NCBI RefSeq assembly: GCF_963921235.1
Contig: NC_086098.1
Location: 1,860,001-1,924,000, forward strand
Source: Mobula hypostoma
Taxonomy: Eukaryota
DNA length: 64,000 nt
Direction: 5' to 3'
Part shown: positions 23,161 through 36,709 of the stretch, piece by piece
How positions within the stretch are numbered: the first letter of the stretch is position 1
Layout of the letters: each line of letters starts with the position of its first letter
Program-made: the position numbers and the translations under genes
Notes under the pieces: generated by a model
Told to the model about the DNA's origin: nothing
Database searches by the model: none
The model's input: only the letters and a program-made list of their open reading frames with translations

Positions 23161-24251
23161 AAGTTATAACTGTGCTGAAACCTAATAGTCACTTTTTACT
23201 GTGATTAGGACGAGTTATTGTTGCATAGAGAATTGAAGGATGTCCATTACCTTGTCAACAGTGCACCATTGTCAAAATGGTGGAAGATAATCATTCATGT
23301 CATTCTTGAGATCCAATATTTGTCTCAGTTCTAACTTTTCAGATTTTTGTTTGACTTCCACATCACGTGATAAATGCAGGCACATGCAAAATGATGGCAG
23401 AGGATTCAAACGTCCTCCCTCGCACTAACCATAAATAATGGATTTCAGCACTCTCCACATCACCGGCACTATAGCAACTGTCACCAGCCAGTCAAAACCA
23501 TTTAATATCACCCACTATAAAGATCTCAAATCTTCTCAAAACATAAATCACCTCCAAAATGACAGAATTCAAAACAAAAACCAACAGAAAAACTTTAACA
23601 ATAGATATTATGTCTTTATTGTCCAAACTGACAGTTTCCACAGGATGTTATTATGTTTCACTCAGTCCGCTACCGGCCTTTCTTCTATATGTAGGAAACC
23701 ACTCCAACAGGCAGAAATGATTTGTAAATTCTAGTTCTGACAGATGCTCCTCACACAGTGAGCACATCTCACAACATAGCAAATCCTGGAAGACAGACAC
23801 ATAAATTCAATACAAACAGTCTTACTGATAAAAACATGACACAATCACTACAGACACAAAACAGTTTTGAGGGACCTTCAGGTCTTCAGCATTCCCAACA
23901 AAAAATCCATCAGAAAAAAAATGTAGCATTTGACGATGCAATGGATGATAACAGAGGAAATCTCTTGAAAATGACAGAGTAAAAATAAAGAAGCGGTAAT
24001 GTTACGTTGCTATAGCTTCTACCTGAATACGCCTGTATATCAGTTTCTGTGCAACACATTAGAGATATTCAGATGTCATACAAGCAAATAGGAACAAAAG
24101 AACACAAAGCAAATTAGCAACAAAAGCATACTACCAGGGCCCTAAAGACTACTTCACCATTCAATTTGATCATCGCTGATCGCTGCTGACTTCAACCCCT
24201 CATCTGGCCAGTTCCTCATAATATTCAATTCTTTAATCTTTCTAATAATTA

Positions 24252-24301
24252 CACTCAGTGGCCACTTTATTGTAAATATCCAGTAAAGTGGCCATTCAGT
24301 G
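24252..24301. mobile_element. 50-bp Tc1-like mini-MITE
   Basis: TA-CACTCAGTGGCCACTTTA...TAAAGTGGCCATTCAGTG-TA: 18-bp TIRs with 2 mismatches, flanked by TA. Confidence 0.75.
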
Positions 24302-24444
24302 TATTTCACTTGTGGCTTACGTTTTATTGTTATTTTTTGTTTCTTTGTATTTACTATGAATGCCTACACGAAAACGAATCTCAGGGTTGTATGTGGTGAC
24401 AAATAATATATGTACCTTGATAATAATAAATTTCCTTTACTTCA

Positions 24445-27400
24445 AGGTTCGAAGTGTTGTGTGTTCTGCACACCCACGGAAAACATCTGGCCCAGATGAG
24501 GTACCTGACCAAATACTGAAGCTCTGTGCTGATGAACTGGCTGGAGTTCACTGTGATCTTTAACTTCTTGCTTCAGTAGTATGAGGTACCCAGCTGCTTC
24601 AAGTAGGCTTCAATTACACTGTGTGACTTAGAAATGAGAGGTGACCTGCTTCAATGATTATTGACAAGTAGCACTTATATCCACTATGAGAGGCTGGTGA
24701 TGAAACATATCAACTCCCGCCTGAGAAGTGAGTTGGATCCAATTTGCCTGCTGTCACAACAGGTCAACAGCAGGTGCCATTCATTCACTCTTCACCCAAC
24801 CCGGGAACATCTGGACAGTGAAAATGCATGCATCAGGATACTCTTCATTGAATACATTAAAAGTGCATTACCACTCACTGGCATGGACATATTGGACCAA
24901 ATGGCCAGTTCCTGTGGTGTATGATCATGACTTTGTGACATTGTGGTGGCAACAGAAAGAGAAGAAATCAAGCAGAAGTTGGGAGCTTGGTAGGCTTCAG
25001 GAGAATTTTTACCAATACCTAGCCAAACCTGGGGCAGAGCAGGCATTTCTTCATAGCTCAAAGAGTAACACCAGATGAAGATAGATGAAGTAAATGAGTA
25101 TTTTGCAATAGTCTTCACTATGAAAGACAGTAGCAGTATGCCAGACGTTGAAGGGTGTGAGGGAAGAGAAGTGAATGCAGTTATCATTACAAGGGAGAAG
25201 GTGCTCAAAAAAGCTGAAATACCTAAGGGTAATGGGCCAGATGAACTGCAGCCTAGTGTTCTGAAAGAGGTAGTAGTAGATATTGTGGAGGCATTGGTAA
25301 TGATCTTTCAAAAATCATTGGACTCTGACATGGTGCCAGAGGACTGGAAATTTGCCAATGTCACTCCACTCTTTAAGAAAGGAGGGAGGCAGCAGAAAGG
25401 AAATTATAGACCAGTTAGTCTGACCTCAGTGGCTGGGAAGATGTTGGAGTCAATTGTTAAGGATGAGGTTATGGAGTACTTGTTGACACAGGACAGGATA
25501 GGACAAGATCAGCATGTTTCTCTTAAGGGAAATCTTGCCTGATGAACCTGTTGGAATTCTTTGAAGAGACTACGCATAGGTTAGATGAAGGGGATGCAGC
25601 GGATGTTGTATATTTGGACTTTCAGAAGGCCTTTGACAAGGTGCCACACACGAGGTTGCTTACCAAGTTAAGAGCCCATGGTATTACAGGAAAGTTACTG
25701 GCATGGTTAGAGCATTGGCTGATTTGTAAGAAGCAGTGACTGGGAATAACAGGATACTTTTCTGGTTGGTTGCAAATGATTAGTGGTGTTCCGCAGGGGT
25801 CAGTGTTGCGACCACTTTTTTATGCTGTATATCAATGGCTTAGATAATGACTTTGTTGGAAAGTTTTCAGATTATACAAAAATTGGTGGAGGGGTGGGTA
25901 GTGTTGAGGAAACAGGTAGGATGCAGAAGGACTTAGACAGATTGGGAGAATGGGCAAGGAAGTGGCAAATGAAATACAACGTTGGAAATGAATATTCATG
26001 CACTTTGGTGGTAGAAAAAATGTGCGGATTATTTTCTAAATGATGAGAAAATACAAAAATCTGTGATGTCCTTGGGCACTTGGGAGTCCTTGTGCAGACC
26101 ACCTTAGAGATTAATATGCAGGCAGAGTTGGTGGTGAGGAAGGCAAATGCTATGTTAGCATTCATTTTAAGAGGTCTAGAATACAAGAGCAAGGATGTGA
26201 TGCAGAGGCCTCATCTCGAGTATTGTGAACAGTTTGGGTTCCTCATTTAAGGAAAGATGTGCTGGCTTTGGAGAGGATTCAGAGGAGGTTTGCAAGGATG
26301 ATTCCATGAATGAAACGGTGATCATACTATGAATATATGTTTGACAGCTCTGGGTCTGTATTTGCTGGAATTTAGAAGAATGGGGGTGGGGGTGGGTGAT
26401 CTCACTGAAACCTTTTGAATGTTGAAAGGCCTAAACAGAACAGATGTGGAAAGGATGTATCCCCTGGTGGAGGAGTCTAGGACAAGCGGGCACAACCCCG
26501 GGGTAGAGGACATCCATTTAAAACAGACATGCAGAGAAATGTCTTTAGCCAGAGGGTGGTGAATTTGTGGAATTTTTTGCCACAGGCAGCTGTGGAGGCC
26601 AGGTTGTTGGGTCTATTTAAGACAGAGCTTGATTGGTTCTTGATTGGGCACCGCATCAAAGGTTATGGGGAGAAGGCTGCGGTGTGGGGCTGAGGAGGCG
26701 GTAAAAGGATCAGCCATGATTGAATGGCAGAGCAGACTTGAAGGGCCAAATGCTCTACTTATTCTCCTATGTCCTATGGTCTTATTATAGCTTTTTAACT
26801 CTGCAACAGGGGCCATCAACCATTTGTGAGGGTCTGACTATACAAAAAGTCATCACAGTCTCCAAGACCCAGCGAGCTGTCTCCACCAGTTGGTGATAGC
26901 ACCCTGCCTGAAAGCACTACCACTTGGCATTCAACACGATCATCTCCTCAAAACTAATCATTAAGCTTCAAGACTTTGGCTTCAATACCTCCTTGTGCGA
27001 ATGGATCCTTGATTTCCTCATTTGCAGGCCCCAGTAAGTTTTGGATTGACAGTAACATCTCCTCCACAAGCTCCATCAGCACAGGTGAACCACAGGGCTA
27101 TTTGCTAGGACCCTGCCCTACTCAATTCAAATGTCATAGTTAAATTTGCAGCACTGTCATTGGCATATTAAAGGTGGTGGTGAGTCAGCATATAGAAGGG
27201 ACATTGAAAATCTGGCTGAGTGGTGCCACAACGAACTTTCACTCAATGTCAGCAAGACCAAGGAGATGATTATTGACTTCAGGAGAAGGTAACTGGAGGT
27301 CCATGAGCCAGTTCTCATCGGAGGACGAGATTTGGAGAGTGTCAGCAACTTTAAATTGTTTTGTGTTATTATTTTGGAGGATATGTCTGGGCTCAGCACT

Positions 27401-28128
27401 TAAGTGCAATTATAAATAAACCATGTCAGCACCTCTAACTCCTTAGGAGTTAGCAAAAAGTCAGCATGACATCTAAAACTTTGACAGATTTCTATAAATG
27501 TGTGGTGGAGAACATATTGACTGGCTGCACCATAGCCTGGTATAGAAACACCAATGCCTTTGAATGGAAAAGCCCACAAAAAGTAGTGGATATATGCCCT
27601 GTATATCATGGGTAAATCCTTCCCTACTACTGAGCATATCCGCATGGAGTGCTGTCACTGGAAAGCAGCATCCTTCATCAAGGACCCCTACTAGCCAGGC
27701 TATGCTGTCCTCTCACAGCTGCCATCTGGAAGAAGTTACAGGAGCCTCAGGACCCACACCACCATGTTCAGATATGATAGCTGAGATGGTCAACCATCAT
27801 GTTCTTGAACTAAAGGGCATAATATCACTCAGCTTCACTTGCCTCATCAAATAACTGTCCCCTCAACCTATGGACTCACTTTCAAGGACTCTTCATTTCA
27901 TGTTGTTGATATTTATTTCTTATTTAATAAGAAGAATTATTATTATTGTATTTACACAATTTGTTCTCTGTTGCACATTGATGGCTTATCTGTCCTGTTG
28001 GGAGCAGTCCTTCATTGATTCTATTGTGTTCCTTGTATTTACTGTGAACTCCGGCAAGAAAATGAATCTCAGTATAGCATATGGTGACTTGTATGTACTT
28101 TGATAACAAATTTACTTTGAACTTTGAA
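24445..28128 (+). mobile_element. Old Rex1/Babar-type LINE split by later insertions (pieces about 24445-24855 and 26920-28128)
   Basis: GPDEVPDQILKLCADELAG and IRILFIEY, resuming with AFNTII-like sequence and decayed RT and 3' UTR. Confidence 0.65.
25085..26785 (+). mobile_element. Decayed CR1 ORF2 and 3' UTR
   Basis: NYRPVSLTS, YLDFQKAFDKV and FSDY (degenerate FADD); many stops and frameshifts. Confidence 0.88.
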
Positions 28129-28143
28129 TATTCCACTGTGCTT

Positions 28144-28263
28144 ATGCGTGTGTGTGTGTGTGTGTGTGTGAGTGCGTGAGTGTGTGTGTGTGTGCGCGCG
28201 CGTGTGCGTGTGTGTTTGTGTGTGTGTGTGTGTGTGAGTGTGTGTGTGTGTGAGTGTGTGTGC

Positions 28264-28318
<55 letters not shown>

Positions 28319-29083
28319 GAGTGTGTGTGTGAGTGTGTGTAAGTGTGTGTGTGTGTGTGCTGTGTGTGTGAGTGTGTGTGTGTGTGTGAGTGTGTGTGTG
28401 TGTATGTGTGTGTGTGTGTATGTGTGTGTGTGAGTGTGTGTGCTGTGTGTGTGTGTGAGTGTGTGTGTGTGTGTTTGTGTGTGTGAGTGTGTGTGTGTTT
28501 GTGTGTGTGTGTGAGTGTGCTTATACGTGTGTGTGTGTGAGTGTGTGTGTGTGCGTGTGTGTGTGTTTGTGTGTGTGTGTGTTTGTGTGTGAGTGTGTGT
28601 GTGTGTGAGTGTGTGTGCTGTGTGTGTGTGTGTGTTTGTGTGTGTGAGTGTGTGTGTGTGTGTGTGTGTGAGTGTGTGTGTGTGTGTATGTGTGTGTGTG
28701 TGTGTGTGTGAGTGTGTGTGTGTGTGTGTGAGTGTGTGTGCTGTGTGTGTGTGTGTGTGTGAGTGTGTGTGTGTGAGTGTGTGTGCTGTGTGTGTGTGTG
28801 AGTGTGTGTGCTGTGTGTGTGTGAGTGTGTGTGTGTGTGTGTGAGTGTGTGTGTGTGTGCTGTGTGTGTGTGAGTGTGTGTGTGTGTGTGAGTGTGTGTG
28901 CTGTGTGTGTGTGTTTGTGTGTGTGTGAGTGTGTGTGTGTGTGTGTGTGAGTGAGTGTGTGTGCTGTGTGTGCTGTGTGTGTGTGAGTGTGTGTGCTGTG
29001 TGTGTGTGTGTGTGTGAGTGTGAGTGTGTGTGCTGTGTGTGTGTGTGTGTGTGAGTGTGTGTGTGTGTGCTGTGTGTGTGTGT

Positions 29084-29114
<31 letters not shown>

Positions 29115-29509
29115 AGTGTGTGTGTGTGTGAGTGTGTGTGCTGTGTGTGTGTGTGTGTGAGTGTGTGTGCTGTGTGTGTGTGTGTGAGTGTGTGTGCTGT
29201 GTGTGTGTGCTGTGTGTGTGTGTGTGAGTGTGTGTGTGTGTGAGTGTGTGTGTGTATGTGTGTGTGTGTGAGTGTGTGTGTGTGTGTGAGTGTGTGAGTG
29301 TGTGTGTGTGTGTGTGAGTGTGTGTGTGTGTGAGTTTGTGTGTGTGTGTTTGTGTGTGAGTGTGTGTGTGTGTGAGTGTGTGTGTGCTGTGTGTGTGTGT
29401 GCTGTGTGTGTGTGTGAGAGTGTGTGAGTGTGTGTGTGTGTATGTGTGTGTGTGTGAGTGTGTGTGTGAGTGTGTGTGTGTGTGAGTGTGTGTGTGTGTT
29501 TGTGTGTGA

Positions 29510-29540
<31 letters not shown>

Positions 29541-29727
29541 AGTGTGAGTGTGTGTGTGTGAGTGTGTGAGTGTGCGTGTGCGTGTGCGTGTGTATGTGTA
29601 TGTGTATGTGTGTGTGTGTGTGTGTGTGAGTGTGAGTGTGAGTGTGTGCGTGTGCGTGTGTATGTGTATGTGTATGTGTGTGTGTGTGTGTGTGTGTGAG
29701 TGTGAGTGTGAGTGTGAGTGTGTGCGT

Positions 29728-29771
<44 letters not shown>

Positions 29772-29781
29772 GTGTGTGTGT
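28144..29781. repeat. Complex (GT)n microsatellite, about 1.64 kb
   Basis: GT array with recurrent GA, GCT, TT, AT and GC interruptions. Confidence 0.97.
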
Positions 29782-30069
29782 TTGTTTGAGCTATTGAACC
29801 TTCCTGTCAGCTTGAACCAGTCTGGGCATTCTCCTCTGACATCTCTCATTAACAAGGCCTTTTTGCCCGCAGAACTGACCCTCACTGAATGTTTTTCTTT
29901 TGGTTTTCACACCAACCTCAGTGAACTATAGAGATTGTTGTGTGTGAAAATCTCAGGAGATCAGCAATTTCTGAGATACTCAAACCACCGCATCTAGCAC
30001 AATCATTCCACAGTCAAAGTCACTTAGATCGTATTTCTTCCCCGCTCTGATGTTTAGTCTGAACAACAT

Positions 30070-30500
30070 CCATTTCTCTAACTTCAAGTAATTCTTCCCC
30101 CCTCCCCCATTATTGCTTTTTCTATTCCCCATTCTGGCTCCCCTTTTACCTTTTCTATTTCTCTCACCTGCCTATCACCTCCCTTTAGTGCCTCTCCTCC
30201 TACCCTCTCTCCCATAGTCTACTCTACTCTTCTATCAGGTTCCTTCTTCTTCAGTCCTTTACCTCTTCCACTTATCATCTCCCAGCTTCTTACTTTAACC
30301 CCTCCCCCACTACTCATTTACCTTCCCCCTCATCTGACATCACCTATCATCTTGTACTCCTTACCGTGCCCCCCTCCTTATTTTAGCTTTTGCCTCCTTT
30401 CTTTCCAGTCCTGATGAAAGATCTCAGCATGAAATGTCAACTGTTTACTCCTCTCCATAGATGCTGTCTGACCTGCTGAGTTCCTTGGGTTTTTGTGTCG
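30070..30500 (+). mobile_element. Old Penelope-derived repeat (ORF end, pyrimidine tract and terminal repeat)
   Basis: Starts tttctctaacttcaagtaa (compare DFSNFR*) and carries a degenerate hammerhead cagtcCTGATGA...GAAAtgtc at 30406-30443. Confidence 0.65.
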
Positions 30501-31619
30501 GTGCAGAGAGTTCCAGAAATTCATTATTATTTAAGAGAAGGAATTTCAGATTCCCTCAGTTGCGAATGATAGGACTAAACTATTTCCTCTTGCTTTGATA
30601 GGAAGGTACTCTCATCCAAGGAATAGGGTTGCTAAATCCCCTCAGGATGCCCTCCAGTCTTACTATGTCCTTTGTTGGTAAGGGGACTAAATCTGGGTCC
30701 GGTATCACAAATGTGGCCTCACCAGCACCCCATAACAAAATACTATTCAGAAACCCCAAACCTTTTGCAATAAAGCCCAATGTGCTGCTTGCCTTTTGAA
30801 CTAATTGCCAGACTGACGGAGAGTCTTTTATGATTCATGTACTGGAACACCTTGATTCCACTGAACTTGGTCCATCTGCAATCTTGTTGCATTTTGATTT
30901 CTCCAAGACCTCACATTCCTCACCTTAAACGTATTTTGCCCAGTCACTCAGTCTATCTAATATTCCATTGTAGAATCGTAATATTCTCAACACAACATGC
31001 CCTTGCATCTATGTTTACCTCATCAGTGAACTTACGCTTTATATTTTGGTTTCTTTTCCAAGTCATTAAATGAATGCAAACAGCGAACGATTGAAAGCCA
31101 TGAACTTATCTTTCAGTCACTCAACTAGTCACAACTCTTTGATTTGAAAAGGACCCATTTTTTTCCAACTCACTATCTTCTATGTGAAGGCCAGTTTTCA
31201 ATCTATGTAACACATTTCCTCCTCTAGTGTATGCACTGCGTACATATACGGCACCTGAAAATGACCTTTTAAAATCAAAGTGTATTTACAGATCCTTCTC
31301 CATCAACTCTGTCACCTCTTCAAAGAATTAAAGCACATTGGTCAAACATAATTTACCTTTCATTAAATTATATTAATTAGGGTTGATAACATTCAGATTT
31401 CCCAAATGAAAATTTATTTTCTCTTTGATTATGCACTCTCAATATAAGAAGGACTTTGACAGATTAGGACAATGTGCAAAGAAGTGGCAGATGTAATATA
31501 GTGCAGGCAAGTGTATGGTCATGCACTTTGCTAGAAGGAATAAAGGCATAGATTATTTTCTAAATGAGGAGCAAATTCAGAAATCAAAAGTGGGAATCCT
31601 AGTACAGCTTTCCCTAGAG

Positions 31620-31699
31620 CAGGGGTTCCGAACCTGAAGTCCACAGACCCCTTGCTTAATGGTATTGGTCTGTAGAATAAAAAAAGTGGGGAATTTCTG
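31620..31699. mobile_element. 80-bp hAT MITE inserted in a CR1 remnant
   Basis: Starts caggggttccgaacc; 8-bp TSD ccctagag/ccctaaag with central TA; a related fragment lies at 43710-43749. Confidence 0.7.
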
Positions 31700-31734
31700 C
31701 CCTAAAGGATACCTTGTAGCATGAGTCGGTGGTA

Positions 31735-34450
31735 GAGTCATAGAAATGTACAGCTCAGAAACAGGCATTTTGTCCCATCTTCACCATGCCAAACCATTAA
31801 TCTACCGAGTCCTGTCGACCTGCACCCAAATCATAGCCCATGATACCCCTCCCATCCATTTCCCTACCCAAATTTCAAAAAGCAAAACCACATCCACCAC
31901 TTCTAAGGCAGCTGATTCCACACACTCACCATACCCTGAGTGAAGAAGTTTCCCCTCATGTTCCCCTTAAACATTTCACCTTTAACCCATGACCTCTAAT
32001 TGTAGACTCATCCAACTTCAGTGGAAAAGAATGCTTGTATTTAACTTTTCTATACTGCTCATAATTTTGTACACCTCTATCAAATCGCTTATCAATTTTC
32101 GACATGCTAGGGAATAAAGTACTAACCTGTTCAACCTTTCCCGAGAACTTAGGTCCTCAATCAATAGAAAATAGACAATGGACAATAGGTGCAGGAGTAG
32201 GCCATTTGGCCCTTCGAGCCAGCACCACCATTCACTGTGATCATGGCTGATCATCCACAATCAGTACCCCGTTCCTGCCTTCTCCCCATATCCTTCGACT
32301 CCGCTATCATTAAGAGCTCTATCTAACTCTTTCTTGAAAGCATCCAGAGAATTGGCCTCCACTGCCTTCTGAGGCAGAGCATTCCACAGATCCACAACTT
32401 CCCAACAACATCCTTGTACATTTTCTCTGCACTCTTTCAATCTTACTTAAATCTTCCCTGTAGGTAGGTGACTAAAAGTGCACACAATATGCCAAATTAG
32501 GCCTCACCAACGTCTTGTACAACTTCAACATAACATCCCAGCTCCTGTACTCAATGCATTGCCTTATGAAGGCCAATGTGCTAGTGCTTTCTTAATGACC
32601 CTATCTACCTGTGCCACCACTTTCAATTAATTATGGATCTGCATTCCCAGATCACTCTATTCTACCATACTCCTCATTTTCCTACCACTCACTGTGTAAG
32701 TCCTACAATGGTGGGTTCTCCCAAAGTGCAACACCTCACACTTACGTGCATTAAGTTCCATCTGCCACTTTTCAGCCTATTTTTTCAGCTGGTCCAGAAC
32801 CCACTGCAAGTCATGATAGTCTTCCTTGCTGTCCAGTTCGACCCCAATCACAAATGAGAGAAAATCTGCAGATGCTGGAAATCCAAGCAGCACACACAAA
32901 ATGCTGGAGGAACTCAGCAGGCCAGGCAGCATCTATGGAAAAAAGTACAGTCGATGTTTCGGGCTGAGATCCTTCGGCAGGTACTGCCAAAGAGTCTTGG
33001 CTCAAATCATCGACGGAATTGAATTGACTTTATTACTTACATCCTTCATATACATGAGGAGTAAAAATCTTTCCCTCTCCATCTCAATGTGCAATGTGCA
33101 ATTTATAGTAATTTATAATAAATATTATGTACAATGGGATAGTCAATACAACATAGATGTACAGTTGTGTCGGAATGAATTAAACAGTCTGATGGTCTCA
33201 TGGAAGAGGCTGTCCCAGAACCTGTTTTATGCTGTGGTACCATTTCCCTAATGGTAGCAACTGAAACAGTTTGTGGTTGGGGTGACTTGGGTCCCCAATG
33301 AACCTTCGGGCCCTTTTTACACTCCTGTCTTTGTAAATGTGCTGAATAGTGGGAAGTTCACATCCACAGATGCACTGGGCTGTCCGCACCACTCTCTGCA
33401 GAGTCCTGCGATTGAGGGAGATTCAGTTCCCATACCAGGCAGTGATGCAGCCTGACAGGATGCTCTCAATTGTGCCACAGTAGAAAGTTCATAGAATTTG
33501 GAGCCATACCAAACTTCCTCAACCGTCTGAGGTGAAAGAGGTGCTGTTGTGCTTTTTTCACCACACAGCTGGTACGTACAGACAACGCGAGATCCTTGGT
33601 GATGTGTATGCCAAGGAGCTTAAAGCTGTTCATCCTCTCTCAAACCCAGATCCACTGATGTCTCAATTCTTCCTGTAGTCCACAACCAGCTCCTTTGTTT
33701 TTGCAACATTGAAGGAGAGATTGTTTTTTTGACACACTGTGTCAGGGTGATGACATCTTCTCTGTAGGCAGCCTCATTATTATTTGAGATTAGATCAATC
33801 GTAGTATCGTCAGCAAATTTAATTAGCAGATTGGAGCTGTGGGTGGTGACACAGTCCTGGGTATACAGAGAGTAAAGGAGGGGGCTTAGTACACAGCCCT
33901 GAGAGGCACTTGTGTTGAAGGCCAAAGAGGCAGAGGTGAGGGAGCCCACTCTTACCACCTACCAGCAATCTGACAGGAAGTCCAGGATCCAGCTGCACAA
34001 GGCAGGGTGAAGGCTGACGTCTCTGAGCTTCTTGTCGAGCCCGGAGGGAATTATGGTGCTGAATGCTGAACTGTAGTCAAAGGACAGCATTCTCACATAA
34101 GCATCCCACTTCTCCAAATGTGTAAGAACAGTGTGCAGAGCTGTGGCTATTGCGTCATCTGTCAATCGGTTGTGTTGGGAGGCAACTGTACTCTTTTCCA
34201 TAGATGTTGCCTGCCTGCTGAGTTCCTCTAGCATTTTGTGCGCAGAACAACCCCAATCCTGGTGTCATATGCAAACGTGCTGATCCCGTTTATCACATTA
34301 TCATCCAAATCATTGATTTGATATAGATGACAAACACCAATGGACCCAGTACTGATCTTTACGGCACTCCACTGGTCACAGACCTCCTGTCAGAGAAGCA
34401 ACCATCTACTACCACTCTCTGGCTTCTCCCACAAAGCCAATGTCCAGTCC
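31735..34450 (-). mobile_element. CR1 3' portion with nested CR1 tail (32165-32398), fold-back PLE repeat (32850-34249) and Rex element
   Basis: CR1 RT and 3' UTR sequence resumes at 34250 after TSD accccaatc (32841-32849 and 34250-34258). Confidence 0.75.
33015..34185 (-). mobile_element. Rex1/Babar-type LINE fragment
   Basis: [39 protein letters not shown] and DPSHPNHKLFQLLP. Confidence 0.85.
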
Positions 34451-35126
34451 AATATATTCATACTATTCCATGTAGCTCAAAACATACAGCAAAATACATC
34501 GTTAGCATTAATGACCAACACATCCAAGAATACGCTGGGGTCAGTCTGCAGTTCTCACCACACATTCCAGCACCAAGGTCACATGTCCACAGTGTTCAGC
34601 AGAACAACTCAGAACACAACAAAGCAACAAAACAATAGTAAAACAAGCCCTGTTCCCAACCCTCCACTCACCTACTCACACACTCAGACAGACCTCCTCT
34701 TTGTACCTGGATTCTTGGACTTGCAGAGGAAAGGCCTCGAACTTCACCCAGGACTTGCTGATCATGGCTTTGACATTAGGGTCTCGACTTCTTGTCTCGC
34801 ATGGACCTCCGACCTTGGTGACCCAGGCCTTTACCTCCAGAATTTGATCTTCAGCTTTGACCTCTGGTCTTCACCAGTTTGACCTTCGGGCCACTACTTC
34901 TGGACTTGCATGGACCTCAACATCTGGACTCGCACAACCTCCATCCCTAGTGTCCTTGAGCGGGGGGTTGGGGGGGGGTCACTGGACCTCGTGACTCTTT
35001 GCTACCTGAATGGACTTTGACCGGGTACCGGTCCCTGACCTGGGGGATTTGCTGATTTCCTCAGCTCCTGTAACACGACTTCTGGCATCACTGACATTCA
35101 ACGGCAGAGCACTTCGAGCTGGACTC

Positions 35127-35445
35127 TTTTTCTTTCTTTCTTTATTAATCTTTTTATTGATTTAAAAAGAGCATAAATACAATCAAAAGGAGAATTATCT
35201 CAGATATATATATCAGTGACAATATAAACCGAGATTAAGATAGACACTATCAAAATCATATTGTTAAACTAGTATAAAATATATAATGAAAAAAATGGAA
35301 AATAGCAATTCTTTTACCAGTTTATGAAGAGAAAAGAAAAAACATTGAGTTTTAAATGAAAAGGAAAAAAACCCACTACAATATAGAGAAAAAACAAAAA
35401 AACAGGGACTGGGCAGTCCATTTTGAGGATACGACCAAAAAAAAA
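35127..35445 (-). mobile_element. A-tailed retroposed fragment (L1-like 3' UTR)
   Basis: 11-bp TSD gagctggactc at 35116-35126 and 35446-35456; T-rich left end with tttatt (AATAAA on the minus strand). Confidence 0.65.
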
Positions 35446-35512
35446 GAGCTGGACTCATCAAGAGGTCACATTTTTGGACCCAAACTCTATTCCCACCAAT
35501 GTCCCCTTTGCT

Positions 35513-35652
35513 CTTCCTTCAGTTAGTCCTGACGAATGGTCTCGGCCCAAAACATCGACTATACCTCTTCCTAGAGATGCTGCCTGGCCTGCTGCATTCA
35601 CCAGCAACTTTTATGTGTGTTGCTTGAAATTCCAGCATCTTCAGATTTTCTC
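35513..35652 (+). mobile_element. Solo PLE terminal repeat with a hammerhead remnant
   Basis: TSD atgtcccc(t/c)ttgct at 35499-35512 and 35653-35666; CTGACGA at 35529-35535; GAAA box mutated to AAAA. Confidence 0.8.
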
Positions 35653-36204
35653 ATGTCCCCCTTGCTGACTTCAACCCAAACCTATTCTACATTTCTATAC
35701 CTCTACACTTATTGCTATTCTTCTATACATCCCTATATCCATTATCTAAATCACTGACAAACAATGTGAAAAGTAACGGACCCGATACTGATCCCTGAGG
35801 AACACCCCTAGAAAAGGGCCAACCAGAAAAGGCCTCTTTCATTCCCGCTCTCTACCTGCTACATCTCAGCCATTCCTCTATCCATGCCAGCATCTTCCCT
35901 GTTATGCCATAGAAATTTATCTTGTTAAGTAGCCTCATGTGTCACCTTATCAAATGCCTTCTGAAAACCCAAGTAAATAATATTCACTGCCTCTCCCTTG
36001 TCCAGCTTGCTTGTTACTACCTTAAAGAACTCCAATGGATTGGTCGGACAAGATGTATGGATCGATTACTTTTAGAGAAATGACCATTTCCTGTTAGCAC
36101 TACGTATTTATTTGTTGTCTATGCATGCACTGTGGCTTTGGATTTGCATTGTTCTCTCTCTCGCTGCAATGTGAATACACCAGAAAAAAACTATCTCCTG
36201 CATG

Positions 36205-36340
36205 CAAACACGAGGAAACCTGCAGGTGCTGGAAAAATCTCTGACTAGCTCTTCTTTCAGTTAGACCTGATGAAGGGTCTCGGCCCAAAATGTCGACTGT
36301 ACCTCTTCCTAGAGATGCTGCCTGGCCTGCTGTGTTCACC
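36205..36340. mobile_element. Inverted mini Penelope-derived insertion
   Basis: 12-bp TSD atctcctgcatg at 36193-36204 and 36341-36352; short minus terminus, then a plus segment with CTGATGA at 36267-36273. Confidence 0.8.
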
Positions 36341-36709
36341 ATCTCCTGCATGTATGCTTTTGTTTAATTGATATGTAGTTATGCACCAACACAACAGACT
36401 GGTTTAACTGTAATGGGCCTTATTATTTTTTAATCCTTTCTCTTTTCTACTAACTGTTCAATAGAGCTGTAATTTGTAAATAATTTTATGTGGTGTATGA
36501 TCTGTTCTTTCTTACTGACAATTGTGTAAAGACAGTATTTACACAACATTTGCTCATATCAAGGTTTCTTTAATTGGAACATCATGGCGTTCTTGTTTGG
36601 TTGATCCCCAAATCATACTAACCCTAGATGTACAATGTCTATGAAAGGTGGTTTTCTCACTGTTGAGTCCAATGGCTGTTAGCAGAGCTGACTAACGAGC
36701 CACGTTTGC

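Noticed and set aside
28521..29931. His/Thr-rich 454-aa ORF and Cys/Val-rich ORFs
   Set aside because: They are translations of the (GT)n microsatellite, which lacks stops by composition.
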